From a virus: 64,000 nucleotides of DNA. The notes below the pieces were generated by a model. It saw nothing but the letters and a program-made list of their open reading frames with translations. It was not told where the DNA came from and made no database searches. The stretch covers positions 1 through 64,000 of IMG/VR virus record IMGVR_UViG_3300045988_107537. One strand, 5' to 3'. The position numbers were made by a program, and so were the translations under genes. This document shows positions 18,701 through 29,198 of this stretch, piece after piece (position 1 is the stretch's first letter; the number at the start of each line of letters is the position of its first letter).

Positions 18701-19047
18701 TAGGGCTCCTTGTAGGGTTCCATATCACCCTTCCAAATCTGGAAATAAGGATGTGCGTCAATGCCGTAAACCTGACCCTTCATGCCGGTACTTGTAATCT
18801 TGTAAGGCTTTCCATCTTCAAGGCTATTGATAAAATCCTGATACTGCGGACTCATCTTGAAGAAATCCTTCTTACCCTGAATCCTCTTTACCTTAATAGT
18901 GACCTCATCACCAATCTTTGGCTCCCACTCTTCAACTGGCATTCCAGCCAAAAAGTCGGGACCACCAGCCTTCTTGATTCGCCGGGCAAGGATTCGTGCC
19001 TTACGCTGCTCTCTGCGCCGGTCTTCTCGATTCATCGAATTACTCAT
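18700..19047 (-). CDS. Hypothetical protein with a basic N-terminus.
   Basis: A 115-aa ORF. Confidence 0.5.
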   Translation of the reverse strand: MSNSMNREDRRREQRKARILARRIKKAGGPDFLAGMPVEEWEPKIGDEVTIKVKRIQGKKDFFKMSPQYQDFINSLEDGKPYKITSTGMKGQVYGIDAHPYFQIWKGDMEPYKEP

Positions 19048-19279
19048 ATTCTGTTCCTTTCAGCTTATCAAAGTAGGGATCGCCGTCTCGCTTCTCTAAT
19101 AAGTTGAGCTCCCCGGCGGAGCCTACAGAATACAAACGAAAATTTTTAAAAATCTCAGCACCTTTAATAGTGGCTAGAGATGTGATTATGTACAATATAT
19201 TGTGTTCTTCTGTGCCATCGGTAAGTTGAACTTCAAGTCGTTCTTTCTTTGGGATGGCTAGTTTTTTAAAATCATTCAT
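19040..19279 (-). CDS. Hypothetical protein.
   Basis: Start trimmed to MNDFKK. Confidence 0.4.
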   Translation of the reverse strand: MNDFKKLAIPKKERLEVQLTDGTEEHNILYIITSLATIKGAEIFKNFRLYSVGSAGELNLLEKRDGDPYFDKLKGTEYE

Positions 19280-19280
19280 T

Positions 19281-19496
19281 TTAGTTATTTGGCATAATAT
19301 AAGCAAGTGCATTCAACTTATAGCAATAAAAAATATCGCAAATAACACTCTTACACCTTTCTTCGGAATCGTATCCTCCAAGAATGATTCCACGCTCACC
19401 ATTTCCCTGTCTTGCGTAAATATTAAGACTTGCAGTATCAATGATGGCTATACGGTCAAGATTTACGATTTCTTTGTTTTGCGTTAAAAGTAGCAT
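19281..19496 (-). CDS. Hypothetical protein.
   Basis: Start trimmed to an internal Met with a GAGG RBS, to avoid a 125-nt overlap. Confidence 0.4.
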   Translation of the reverse strand: MLLLTQNKEIVNLDRIAIIDTASLNIYARQGNGERGIILGGYDSEERCKSVICDIFYCYKLNALAYIMPNN

Positions 19497-19506
19497 TTTA
19501 AAAACC

Positions 19507-19779
19507 TCATAAATCAGCAAGCTGGGCAGGAGACCAGATATCTGGAATGTCCCAATCTTCTTCCGATTTTCCGTTATAAATTCCGTAGAAATATCCTTCG
19601 GATGGTGCATAGACGATTCGTTGCCAGCCATTCATGCCGTGTGACTTCTTTGGCTCAAAATCACGAGTCAAAATTCTACGTCCACAGTTGCTATAAGCAG
19701 ATGTCTTTGTAGGAACCTCGATACATTTATTATCAAGAATCCGAAGAATGTGCTTGATTGTTTTCTTTGAAAGATTCAT
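19507..19779 (-). CDS. Hypothetical protein.
   Basis: A 90-aa ORF. Confidence 0.45.
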   Translation of the reverse strand: MNLSKKTIKHILRILDNKCIEVPTKTSAYSNCGRRILTRDFEPKKSHGMNGWQRIVYAPSEGYFYGIYNGKSEEDWDIPDIWSPAQLADL

Positions 19780-19880
19780 CTCTTGACTCCTCTACATCAA
19801 TCATATCTAAAATCTCATCCAGATTTTTTGCTGACCCAACTTTCCTTGCAAAATCAATAAAATCCTTAACCTGATCTTCT

Positions 19881-20177
19881 TTAGTAACCATCTTCATCCT
19901 CCACTTTTATCCATCCACATCCCGGAATGTAATCCGCTTCAAAATAGTCTCTTGCAACAAAGATTGAGCGTTCTCCATCTTCGTTTACTACTCCAATAAC
20001 AAGTGCTTCTTTACCAGCAATAAAACAAAAGTCTCCTTTACCTTTCGGGGTCTTCTTGAGATTATTTTTAGATTCATTGATATAACGACTTATACGCTCA
20101 GATGACAAATCCACATTGCTTTCTTGACCATTTTTGCCAAGCCAATAAAAGGAATCTTTTAACTTATTTTTAGCCAT
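19881..20177 (-). CDS. Hypothetical protein.
   Basis: A 98-aa ORF. Confidence 0.45.
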   Translation of the reverse strand: MAKNKLKDSFYWLGKNGQESNVDLSSERISRYINESKNNLKKTPKGKGDFCFIAGKEALVIGVVNEDGERSIFVARDYFEADYIPGCGWIKVEDEDGY

Positions 20178-20180
20178 GAT

Positions 20181-20507
20181 TCACTCCATCTTTGCTCCAC
20201 ACATCGGGCAAAATGGCGTTTTGAGGCCACACGGATTCACCTCTCTACATTCTGGGTTCGAGCAACGGGTTGCTGGTTCACACCATGAGTTTTTCCCGGC
20301 ACAGCTCACATAGGAGCCTGGAATTTCCTCCCAGTGTGCCACCGGCCGAAGCGTTTTCGGGTCGATGGTTGGAGCGTTTTCAATGTTCTTCTTCATAAGG
20401 GCAATGCCGTCTCTCCAAGCATTGGCTTCTTCTTCACTGTATTGCTTGATTGTCCAATTATTTTTGTCAAGCAAAGCATTTGCGTCAATCAACCTAACAT
20501 CAGCCAT
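20181..20507 (-). CDS. Hypothetical protein with a C-terminal zinc ribbon (paralog of 9264..9566).
   Basis: MADVRLIDANA ... CPMCGAKME. Confidence 0.5.
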   Translation of the reverse strand: MADVRLIDANALLDKNNWTIKQYSEEEANAWRDGIALMKKNIENAPTIDPKTLRPVAHWEEIPGSYVSCAGKNSWCEPATRCSNPECREVNPCGLKTPFCPMCGAKME

Positions 20508-21831
20508 AAGACACCTCGTTCTTATCGTTTCTGAATCTCACAAAGGTCGGAAACTGCAAGGACTCAAGACCGGTCTTTTTGTCCATTGTGACCTCTTTGT
20601 ACTTACATTCCACAATCTTGCCGATGTAATCATCAGGATTTGCCCACACAGCAGCTCTCGTGGAATCATCAAAGCCAGAACCCACTCGAAGTTCGTTACC
20701 TTTATAATCAACGACCAGAGCGCCCATCGTACCAGCCAGCCGATTCTGTCCTTCCTCGATTGCAGTAATGCGGAGATCAACCGTATAGAAACGCTTGATT
20801 TTCAAGCATCCATTATGCCGCTTACGCTGGTATGGGACGCTGGTGTTCAACATCAAACCCTCCCAACCATGTGCCACAGCATAATCGAGCCACTTTGGAA
20901 TCACGCTCTGGTCGGTTCCTTCGTATACCATCGGAACGATTTCAATGTTTCCAAGGTTCTTGTGAGTAATCTCTGCACGAAGACAATTCAACCATTCTCG
21001 GCGGGTCTGATACGGAACGACGCATTTGCTACGGTCAAACTCGACAGCAGGAACGACATCGAAAATCACAAACTTAATTCCGGTTTTATCTTTATTGTCC
21101 GAGTTCAATAGGCCAGTGCCATAACGGAAAGCTTCTCCGTCCGACATTCCTTCAGGATTCTTGTAGATGAGTTCGCCATCAAATACCCAAGAGTCTCGTT
21201 TCGTTGCGTCGCCATCATATAGGGCAAGCAGGTCATTCTTGATGTGATCGAGCCCTTCAAACTTTTGCGCCTGACGAGAAATCAAGTCACCACGGTACAT
21301 TGTGCCCCTATTACCATTCATCTTCTGGCTTAGGCTGAACCAGATACTGGGTTTCAACTTCACCTTATCGATTGGATATCCCTGCTGGACTTCCCAGACA
21401 GGAATAATTTCCTCACCATATACCTTATTGATGGTAGCTGCCTCAACGCCAATCGGAAGATTTTTGGTAAACAGCCGCTTCAGAAACTCTTCATTTTCAG
21501 GATTTTTATGTAAATAGTTCTGGATTGTTGCTATGGATGCGTCAGATCCTGTATTGTGACCAGCACCCATAATATAAAGGTATCCACAGCTGAGATACTG
21601 GATATCAATCTCAGGCTTGGTACTCACCTGCTTATTGATTTTCGCATCCGACAGGCCAGTTACGATTGTCGGATCAAGCAAGAATCGGAAGAATGCCATC
21701 AGCTCGTCAGCTTCAGCACCAAAATCCTTTCGTGCATCCAGCAAAATGCGGGTCTTGTCTGTCTTCTTCTTCGTGCTCTGCAATGCCTTTACCATCGCAT
21801 CGAGTTTACCTATGAGTTCCTTATCTGTCAT
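20500..21831 (-). CDS. lig: ATP-dependent DNA ligase.
   Basis: The protein has motif I KMNGNR, FDGEL, EGLMLN, CLKIKR and an OB-fold FPTFVRFRNDK. The RBS is AAGGAGG. Confidence 0.85.
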   Translation of the reverse strand: MTDKELIGKLDAMVKALQSTKKKTDKTRILLDARKDFGAEADELMAFFRFLLDPTIVTGLSDAKINKQVSTKPEIDIQYLSCGYLYIMGAGHNTGSDASIATIQNYLHKNPENEEFLKRLFTKNLPIGVEAATINKVYGEEIIPVWEVQQGYPIDKVKLKPSIWFSLSQKMNGNRGTMYRGDLISRQAQKFEGLDHIKNDLLALYDGDATKRDSWVFDGELIYKNPEGMSDGEAFRYGTGLLNSDNKDKTGIKFVIFDVVPAVEFDRSKCVVPYQTRREWLNCLRAEITHKNLGNIEIVPMVYEGTDQSVIPKWLDYAVAHGWEGLMLNTSVPYQRKRHNGCLKIKRFYTVDLRITAIEEGQNRLAGTMGALVVDYKGNELRVGSGFDDSTRAAVWANPDDYIGKIVECKYKEVTMDKKTGLESLQFPTFVRFRNDKNEVSYG

Positions 21832-21844
21832 AAAGCCTCCTTGC

Positions 21845-21865
21845 GTATCCTGTGTTATATAGTTA
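21845..21865 (-). promoter_or_regulatory. Copy of the conserved 20-bp intergenic motif (minus-strand sense TAACTATATAACACAGGATAC); probable promoter upstream of lig.
   Basis: The motif is followed directly by an RBS and the lig ATG. Confidence 0.45.
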
Positions 21866-21874
21866 TAATGAATA

Positions 21875-21910
21875 AAGAATGGCTTGCCATTACGAGCAAG
21901 CCATTTCTTT
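21875..21910. terminator. Strong hairpin AAAGAATGGCTTGC-CATTACG-AGCAAGCCATTTCTTT with T-rich flanks on both strands (bidirectional terminator).
   Basis: Read directly from the sequence. Confidence 0.5.
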
Positions 21911-21913
21911 CTC

Positions 21914-21934
21914 GTATCCTGTATTATATAGCTA
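21914..21934 (-). promoter_or_regulatory. Copy of the conserved motif (minus-strand sense TAGCTATATAATACAGGATAC, with a perfect TATAAT).
   Basis: It forms an inverted pair with 21973..21992. Confidence 0.45.
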
Positions 21935-21949
21935 AAGAGAGAATTTTAA

Positions 21950-21971
21950 GCCTCCGAGGTGGAGACTTTTT
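21950..21971 (+). terminator. GC hairpin GCCTCCGAGGTGGAGAC followed by TTTTTAT.
   Basis: Read directly from the sequence. Confidence 0.35.
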
Positions 21972-21972
21972 A

Positions 21973-21992
21973 TAGCTATATTATACAGGATG
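21973..21992 (+). promoter_or_regulatory. Inverted (plus-oriented) copy of the conserved motif, TAGCTATATTATACAGGATG.
   Basis: It is the inverted-repeat partner of 21914..21934. Confidence 0.35.
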
Positions 21993-22004
21993 CTCATATA
22001 ATTG

Positions 22005-24335
22005 TCAATACTTTTCTGAAAATTCTTTCCGTAAAAATTCCTTCAAGAACGTCCGCTTGTATGGAACTCTCGAAGTCTTTACCGCCCGATCAAGAGCATG
22101 AGTTTCAGCACAAATCACACAATACTTCTTAGCACGAGTGATGGCCGTATAAAGCCATTCCCTCGTCAACATCAAGTATGCAGAGTTGTCCATACCGACA
22201 ATCACATACGGAGCTTCGCTGCCCTGCAGTTTATGACAACTCAAAGCATAAGCGAGTTCAAGCGTTGCCCAGATGTTGTTCCCACCAAAATAATGAGGGA
22301 TGAAGATTGTGCCCCACTGGTCAAAGTCAACCAGAATAAAACTGCCTTCAATCTTTCGAATGATGCCACGGTTGCCGTTAAACACCGGACACTTCTCTTC
22401 TTTTTTCTTTGTCTTGAGATTGTATGTGTGAAGCTCATAGTTATTCTTGTTGATAATGACCTGATCTCCCTCGCGCAGAGTGTACACTCTGTCCTTCCCA
22501 TCACCATAGATGGAGATCTTCGCTTCGGTCTGACCACGACTCGGATTCACAATTTCCTGAATAGCATTATTTACCTCGTAGGTGCAGATGCTGCCACGGA
22601 GCTTCTGCGGAAGTACAATCTGAATCTTTGCGCTGTCATTCCCTACCTTATTATATAAGGCACGGTATTGATTGATGATGTGGTTAAACGACTCGCCTGC
22701 ATCCTTGTAGATATCTAGCTCCAAATCACGCAGCTCACCACGAATCTCATTACCAGCCCAACCGTAAGGAACCAACTGCGTGGCATTACGAACCTTGATA
22801 CTCTCTGTGATAATCGCTGACTTAGCAGCCTGACGGTGAATCTTCGTCAAGCGAGCAACCGGAACAACCTTGGAGGCAAGCATATCCTTGAAGATGTTGC
22901 ACATACCAATACTCTCAAGCTGGCCGTCATCACCAATCATGATAAATCGTTTACCAGTTTCGATTGCCTGAATTAAATCGTAAAACAGTTGAGCGCCAAC
23001 CATAGAGGTCTCGTCCAGAATGATGATGTCCTCCTCTAAAGGATTGTTTTTGTTATGGATAAAGCCACCATTCTCAATGTCGTAACCAAGGAGGCGATGA
23101 ATCGTCTTGCCGTCCTGACCAGTAATCTCCTGCATACGAGCGGCAGCACGACCAGAGAGTGCAGTCTGGGCAAACGACTTACCACGAAGAACCTTTAGGA
23201 CACCAGCGACAACGGTACTTTTACCGGTTCCTCCGTAGCCCGTCAAGATACAGACATTACTAGAGCATACCTTTTTAATAGCATCTCTCTGCTCCTCGGT
23301 GTACTCGATGCCAAGAGCACGTTCTGCCTCATCGATTGCAGCATCCGTGTTTCGACCAATCGGCTCGACAGGTGCATCCGCCAGACGCTTAATTTCCTTT
23401 GCAATCTTATTTTCCAGATTCCACACTCTTGTTAAAGCAAATTCCTGACGATCATCACTCCACCAAAGCGTTTCGCGGACATCGTGCAGATGGAAAAGTG
23501 CTCTCTTGATAACCTCTTGGTCACCCTCATCCAAGCCAAGTTCCTTAATGCAACTATTGATTGTCTGGTTTGCCGGGATGATAGAATTGCCTTCTTCGGC
23601 ACGGTCGGCAAGAAAATGCATAACGTAAGCTTCAATTCGGAACTGAGAGTTTGGCTTCAATCCCATATTCAAAGCAAGAGCGTCAGCTTTCTTCCATCCA
23701 ATCCCATATACATCGTCAATCAGAACATAAGGATTCTCTTCAATTTTCTTCACAAGAGTGTCTGCACCGTGATATTGATGAACAAGTTTTCCGATTGCAC
23801 TTGGAGTCAAACCATACTCAATCAGCTTCGTGTATGCTTCGCTGTTATCAATGTTATTTTCAAAGGCATCGATAATTTTCTGTGCTCGACCTTCTGTGAT
23901 ACCACTAACAGTGCAAAGAGACTTGATATCACCGTTCTTGATGATTTCATACGGATTATCAAATGCTTCGTAAAGCATCTCAAACTGATGTTCTGTCAAG
24001 ATAAAATGAAGAAAGCTTTTCTGTTCTTCTGGGTCAGTAATCTCTTGGAACTCGTTCATATAGACGATTTTATACTGGTCCCCAAACTTTTCATGGTGAA
24101 CATACTCACCACAGAACGAATAAGTCTTATCCATATCAAGGCTAGGGACGTTGCCTTTCAGTCGGAGGTCACTGTATCGGCTCATAATGGGGTTCCCCTG
24201 CTTGACTTTTACCACCTCGGCAGAGAAAGTGGCGAAGCCGCCGGGCTCCACCTCCTTCCCATCTTTCGGATAAAAGACTCGTTTTATCCTGATGTAACAA
24301 CGGATCATATTTTCATTAAATTTCTTATCTGCCAC
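22005..24335 (-). CDS. RecD-like SF1 DNA helicase.
   Basis: Walker A GYGGTGKST and a RecD/TraA-like HKLQGSEAPYVIV motif are present in a 776-aa protein. Confidence 0.8.
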   Translation of the reverse strand: MADKKFNENMIRCYIRIKRVFYPKDGKEVEPGGFATFSAEVVKVKQGNPIMSRYSDLRLKGNVPSLDMDKTYSFCGEYVHHEKFGDQYKIVYMNEFQEITDPEEQKSFLHFILTEHQFEMLYEAFDNPYEIIKNGDIKSLCTVSGITEGRAQKIIDAFENNIDNSEAYTKLIEYGLTPSAIGKLVHQYHGADTLVKKIEENPYVLIDDVYGIGWKKADALALNMGLKPNSQFRIEAYVMHFLADRAEEGNSIIPANQTINSCIKELGLDEGDQEVIKRALFHLHDVRETLWWSDDRQEFALTRVWNLENKIAKEIKRLADAPVEPIGRNTDAAIDEAERALGIEYTEEQRDAIKKVCSSNVCILTGYGGTGKSTVVAGVLKVLRGKSFAQTALSGRAAARMQEITGQDGKTIHRLLGYDIENGGFIHNKNNPLEEDIIILDETSMVGAQLFYDLIQAIETGKRFIMIGDDGQLESIGMCNIFKDMLASKVVPVARLTKIHRQAAKSAIITESIKVRNATQLVPYGWAGNEIRGELRDLELDIYKDAGESFNHIINQYRALYNKVGNDSAKIQIVLPQKLRGSICTYEVNNAIQEIVNPSRGQTEAKISIYGDGKDRVYTLREGDQVIINKNNYELHTYNLKTKKKEEKCPVFNGNRGIIRKIEGSFILVDFDQWGTIFIPHYFGGNNIWATLELAYALSCHKLQGSEAPYVIVGMDNSAYLMLTREWLYTAITRAKKYCVICAETHALDRAVKTSRVPYKRTFLKEFLRKEFSEKY

Positions 24336-24350
24336 TTTATAACCCTCTTA

Positions 24351-24587
24351 TTATGCACCTAATCTAAATTCTGTTAGTCCTCCGCACACTCTGCAATAAA
24401 ACCATTTTGTGGTAAGCTCGCATTGTTCTGCGCGGTCAAACTTCCACTTCTGAACTTTTCTAACGACGCAACAATTCGTACAATGTATCTTAATTACAGT
24501 TTTATCTTTGTATTGATGATTCCCAATTTTAAACTCAGGAAATTCACAAAGAACCTCTCCGTCAATAGTATATAAAACACCATTCAT
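24351..24587 (-). CDS. Small zinc-ribbon protein.
   Basis: CTNCC...CRVCGG. Confidence 0.45.
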   Translation of the reverse strand: MNGVLYTIDGEVLCEFPEFKIGNHQYKDKTVIKIHCTNCCVVRKVQKWKFDRAEQCELTTKWFYCRVCGGLTEFRLGA

Positions 24588-27500
24588 TACTTTATCTCTC
24601 TATCATGCAGCCACTGCTTATAAGGCTTCATCTTCTCAACAATGTACGAATTTTCTTTTCTCTTGCAAAGGATTGCAAGATCGCTACCCTTTGAAATCAG
24701 ACTTGAATATCGTGCATACTGAGATGCCCAACAAATCATTTCGACAATACCACCTGTCGTGTAAACATGTAAGTACGCAAACTGGTTGCCACGTTTATCC
24801 TTCTTTTTTTGGATATCTACGATGACACAAATAGCAGTTGCCTTACCGCCATCCTCTACAGTATCAAGACCAGCATCAATATAGATGCAAGCATCCTTAA
24901 TTGGATTGCTAGTCAAGAACATTGAAAGAGTTTCAAATTCCCACATGTGCTCGTCTTGCATATACTTCTCGACAAACGCTTGCATGAAATCTTTTCGTTT
25001 CATGTCTTTTTCCTTCTTGCGGTTCTCTGCATCTGCCTCCCAGCGCACCCTTCTTGCCTTATTATATAAAGCAAGTCTAGTAGGCTTATCTTTAATATAA
25101 TTTGTGTCAATACCATATTCGTCTTTAAGAACAGAGATTTTGGGAAGGGATGTCATCTCATGAAAACCCTTCTCTTTATACTCGTTCTCAAAAACCATAT
25201 TTGCAAAAGTGATTAAGATTTTTCTCTTGTCTTTTGTCGGGATAGCTCCAGCCTTAATCAACTTGACAACGTTTGAAGTTCCAATCTTGCCACCGTTTGC
25301 CCTCTGAACAAAGTCTGCCAATCCAGAATATGGACGGTCTGCAATCACCCCTGATGCGACACTCTCACCCATTCCCTTGATGGCTTTCAAACCAAACAGG
25401 ATTGTGTGCTTCTCCGCATCGGCCTTAAATTCCATATCAGACTTGTTAACACTTGGAGGAAGGACCCGAATATGTAGACGATCACATTCATTGATGAACA
25501 CACCCATTTTGCCAGAATCATCTTCTTTAGTAATCATACACGCAGCCATGAAATACTCAGTATAATGAGTCTTCAGGTATGCCGTCAGGTAAGAAAGAAG
25601 CCCATAAGCAACTGCGTGGCCCCGGTTGAAGGAATAAGAAGCCTGTTTCAAGATCAATGCCCACATCTCAGAAATCTGATAATCGTTCCATCCTTTCTCG
25701 TGAAGACCATCTCTAAACTGGACCTCCAAGGATGCCATAACATCTTTCTTTTTCTTACCAATGGCACGACGAGCATTGTCAACTTCAGTTTCAGGGAATC
25801 CTGCATAACGGAATACTGCCAGAGCCTGCTCCTGATAAAGAAGAATATACTGAGTCTTAGCAAAAAGCTGTTTGATATCAGGATGAAGTAGTTTGATGGT
25901 CTCTGGACGAAGCTTATTGGAACAATACGTCGGGAAGCTGTCCTTAGTACCAGGGCGATTTGCTGCATTTACAACAATGATATCCTCGGCGTTGTCACAT
26001 TTTGCTTCAACACACATCTTTCGAGCTTCAGCAGACTCCATCTGAAAAATACCAATTGTGTGTCCAGATTTATAAACAGTGTCATAGACTGCCTTGTCAT
26101 TCAAATCAAGATGGTTGATATCGACATCTTTCCAAGTAAGATGTGCCATCTTTAATGTGTCATCAATCGTGTCCAAATTTTCAAGACCAAGAAAATCCAT
26201 CTTAACTAGAGACAGGTCATCCATAGCATTGTGCATTTCAAGCTGACACATCTGATTACCTTCTCTATCCATACAGAGAGGACAATATTCAATAACAGGC
26301 TTAGGTGTAATCAAAGTTCCTGCAGCATGGCGACCCATACTCTTCGGCAAACCTTCAAGCCGCATAACGTACTTAAACCACAGAGGGAACTTATCATACA
26401 CATTAGAAAGCTGCTCGCTCTTTCCAAGAATGTCCTTCAATAGAACTTCCTTCTCAACTTCTTCTCCGAGATCATCCAATGTTTTCACGGTCGGAATCAA
26501 CTTAGCAACTTCATTTCGCAATTCATACGGAATCTGCATATAATATGGGCTTTCTGGATCTTCGTTCAACACCTTGCCGATGTCTTTGATGGCAACTTTA
26601 GTAGACAGAGAATTAAAAGTTGCAATAGGAGCAACACTTTCTTTTCCAAAAAGCTCTTCTGCAATAGAAACAAGTTCTTTGCGGCGACGACGGCTAATGT
26701 CAAAGTCAAAGTCGGCCAAAGATTTACGTCCCTTATTTGCAAAACGAGAAAAGTCAAGATCCCAACGGACGGAATCAATCTGCGTAACGTTTAACATGAA
26801 TAAGCATAGACAGTTTGCGCCAGAACCACGAGAATAGCCGCGAGGGATACCTCGTTCATCAGCCACCTTGCAAAGCATATATAGCATAATGAAGTAATCG
26901 ATGTAGTCAACGTATTCAAGAACGTCAAGCTCCATCTCAATTCTGTCCCGCCGGGTTTGCTGTTCTTCTTTGCTCATCCATCCGAATTTTTCATCAAAAG
27001 TAGAATAAACGAGGTAACGCAGGTAATCCAGATGCGAATCAAATTCACCTTCAATTTTCACTTCGGGCATCTGGTTTGGCTGACCAAGACCAATATCAAT
27101 ATCGTCAACCATATCTGCAATCTTCACAGACATTGAGCAGCCTTCTCGGATGAAGTCTTCATCAAACTGCTTTGAAAGTGTTCTCAGCACATCGTCTTCA
27201 GTCTGAAGATAGCAGTCAACATAACTTTCTCCAACTTCTCGTCCTTCTCCAATTTCTACAAAAACTGAATGTGCATCAACATCTTCCTTGGAAAGCATAT
27301 GAGCATCGGTTGTAATAGTATACGGAAGATTGTACTTTTTAATAAAAGCTGCAATTTTGGCATTAGCTTCAGCCTGATCTGGCGTATCATGAGACTGAAC
27401 TTCCATAAACACGTCATCAAAGATCCATTTCAGTTTGTTCCATAACTGCCATGCTTCAGTCTCGTTGCCATCAACAAGCAATCTACTCATTCGACCAACT

Positions 27501-27931
27501 TGGCAGGCTGTAAGACAGATGATACCTTTACCCCACTCGTTCTGTTCAATGATGTTCAAAGAAGTTCGAGGCTTTTTATACATGCCATCAACACAAGCAT
27601 TTGAAACAATCTTAAATAGATTTTTTAAACCGGTCTCGTTCTTCGCTAGTAAAACAAGATGGTAACGAGGTTGTTTATAGTCTTTTGTGTCGGCTTTCTC
27701 TGCCTGATTATCTACTTCATAGACTTCACAGCCGATGATAGGCTTAATACCTTCTGCTTTACAAACCTTAACTTGGTCAACGAAAGAGTGCATCTTGCCA
27801 TGGTCTGTAACAGCAATAGCCTTCTGACCATTCTCTTTAGCAAAGTTTACAAGTTCCTTGACGGTAAGAATCGAGTCAAGTAACGAACCCTGCGCTGTAT
27901 GTACATGAAGATTTACAAAATTATCTGACAT
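24587..27931 (-). CDS. DNA polymerase III alpha subunit (DnaE-type, N-terminal PHP domain).
   Basis: The 1114-aa protein starts with the PHP motif NLHVHTAQGSLLDS and has an AAGGAG RBS. Confidence 0.85.
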   Translation of the reverse strand: MSDNFVNLHVHTAQGSLLDSILTVKELVNFAKENGQKAIAVTDHGKMHSFVDQVKVCKAEGIKPIIGCEVYEVDNQAEKADTKDYKQPRYHLVLLAKNETGLKNLFKIVSNACVDGMYKKPRTSLNIIEQNEWGKGIICLTACQVGRMSRLLVDGNETEAWQLWNKLKWIFDDVFMEVQSHDTPDQAEANAKIAAFIKKYNLPYTITTDAHMLSKEDVDAHSVFVEIGEGREVGESYVDCYLQTEDDVLRTLSKQFDEDFIREGCSMSVKIADMVDDIDIGLGQPNQMPEVKIEGEFDSHLDYLRYLVYSTFDEKFGWMSKEEQQTRRDRIEMELDVLEYVDYIDYFIMLYMLCKVADERGIPRGYSRGSGANCLCLFMLNVTQIDSVRWDLDFSRFANKGRKSLADFDFDISRRRRKELVSIAEELFGKESVAPIATFNSLSTKVAIKDIGKVLNEDPESPYYMQIPYELRNEVAKLIPTVKTLDDLGEEVEKEVLLKDILGKSEQLSNVYDKFPLWFKYVMRLEGLPKSMGRHAAGTLITPKPVIEYCPLCMDREGNQMCQLEMHNAMDDLSLVKMDFLGLENLDTIDDTLKMAHLTWKDVDINHLDLNDKAVYDTVYKSGHTIGIFQMESAEARKMCVEAKCDNAEDIIVVNAANRPGTKDSFPTYCSNKLRPETIKLLHPDIKQLFAKTQYILLYQEQALAVFRYAGFPETEVDNARRAIGKKKKDVMASLEVQFRDGLHEKGWNDYQISEMWALILKQASYSFNRGHAVAYGLLSYLTAYLKTHYTEYFMAACMITKEDDSGKMGVFINECDRLHIRVLPPSVNKSDMEFKADAEKHTILFGLKAIKGMGESVASGVIADRPYSGLADFVQRANGGKIGTSNVVKLIKAGAIPTKDKRKILITFANMVFENEYKEKGFHEMTSLPKISVLKDEYGIDTNYIKDKPTRLALYNKARRVRWEADAENRKKEKDMKRKDFMQAFVEKYMQDEHMWEFETLSMFLTSNPIKDACIYIDAGLDTVEDGGKATAICVIVDIQKKKDKRGNQFAYLHVYTTGGIVEMICWASQYARYSSLISKGSDLAILCKRKENSYIVEKMKPYKQWLHDREIK

Positions 27932-28174
27932 CTATTCTGTCTGCTCCTTATCTTCGATGGACACTCTCAAAGTTACAGTCTTACCGTCCTTTGTTGTCCA
28001 TGTGTATCCACCAAAAGTTCTATTGTTGAACTGAGCTTCAGAAAGAAGCCAATCACGAACTGCCTCGATAGCTTCATCTGTGACACGAGTTTTATCTTTC
28101 CACTCGGTTCCATTCTTTTTAACAGTTCCTGCGTAAATACCAAACATACCACAGCTCACATGATATTCACTCAT
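27932..28174 (-). CDS. Hypothetical protein.
   Basis: Start refined to MSEYHV. Confidence 0.45.
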   Translation of the reverse strand: MSEYHVSCGMFGIYAGTVKKNGTEWKDKTRVTDEAIEAVRDWLLSEAQFNNRTFGGYTWTTKDGKTVTLRVSIEDKEQTE

Positions 28175-28931
28175 CACTCTTCCCCTTATCTCCAAACTTA
28201 ATAATATCGTCAAAAAGCATCACATAGTCATCGGTGTACTTGTTACCATGAAAGTGACCGAAGTACCAGAATGGTTTACAATCGTTAGGATAGCATTCGT
28301 ATATATTATCAAAAAATATTTCAGTTGACTGGTCTACTGTGCTTTGATCAATACCACCGATAAACAATTCAGTTGGAATGAACCGGAATGGACAGGTATG
28401 CGTGAGCATAACATCAATATCATCTATTTGAGGATCATGTGTAATATTCCAGATCTTTTTCTTAGTCTTCTCACTCGGTTGCTCATCCGGCCACCAATTA
28501 TATCCCCACTCCAACCGATAATATTTATCTACAGAATAGGCTCCGCCGCAAACAAGACAATTCAACATCTCTACGCCGGAAAGAATCTGATAGACTTCGC
28601 CATCAATAGCGAAATACTGATTTGGATAACGTGAGTCATGCCACACCTTACCACAAATATCTCCACTGATTTCCTTTGTCTTATAGCCATCCTTACGAGA
28701 CGGGCGTCGCTCGTGGTTGCCATGAATACAAAACAGATTCGCAGGAATATCTGCGGCGATAGTCTTGATACTCCATTCACGAGGGTCATCCTTGCCGTAG
28801 TAGTTTAACCCGACATCGCCAAGACATATGATCCAGTCGTTCTCCCCAAGATTGTGTTCACGACAGAATTTCTCTAATTCTAAAAACCGATTAAAATCAC
28901 CATGAATATCACCCGTGATGTATACCGCCAT
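28167..28931 (-). CDS. Calcineurin-like metallophosphoesterase.
   Basis: MAVYITGDIHGD, GDVGLNYYG and GNHE motifs are present. Confidence 0.7.
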   Translation of the reverse strand: MAVYITGDIHGDFNRFLELEKFCREHNLGENDWIICLGDVGLNYYGKDDPREWSIKTIAADIPANLFCIHGNHERRPSRKDGYKTKEISGDICGKVWHDSRYPNQYFAIDGEVYQILSGVEMLNCLVCGGAYSVDKYYRLEWGYNWWPDEQPSEKTKKKIWNITHDPQIDDIDVMLTHTCPFRFIPTELFIGGIDQSTVDQSTEIFFDNIYECYPNDCKPFWYFGHFHGNKYTDDYVMLFDDIIKFGDKGKSDE

Positions 28932-28943
28932 TGCGTCCTCACC

Positions 28944-29198
28944 TCACTCATAATCTTCTTTGTCAATCACATAAGTTCGTGGATAAAATCTATCGTTTCT
29001 ATCACCAAAAATATCAACAAACCAGACTTTAACAATCTCAAACTCACGATTACATTCTTTGCTTCTTAGCATTTTAACTGCATCTCTTGCATTTTCAGCG
29101 TAGATTTCTCTGTATAAGTTGTGATATTTCTTGAGTGTGTAATTATATGTGCGATAATCAATTCTGTAATGCCTATATCGTCGTTTTGTCATCTTCAT
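28944..29198 (-). CDS. Hypothetical basic protein.
   Basis: An 84-aa ORF. Confidence 0.45.
   Translation of the reverse strand: MKMTKRRYRHYRIDYRTYNYTLKKYHNLYREIYAENARDAVKMLRSKECNREFEIVKVWFVDIFGDRNDRFYPRTYVIDKEDYE

Noticed and set aside
24587-27931. Possible alternative genetic code (stop-codon recoding) because of the phage tRNA set and the odd CAT tRNA.
   Set aside because: Long ORFs such as the 1114-aa Pol III, 776-aa helicase and 731-aa NrdD are uninterrupted under the standard code, and no suppressor anticodon (CTA, TCA or TTA) was found.
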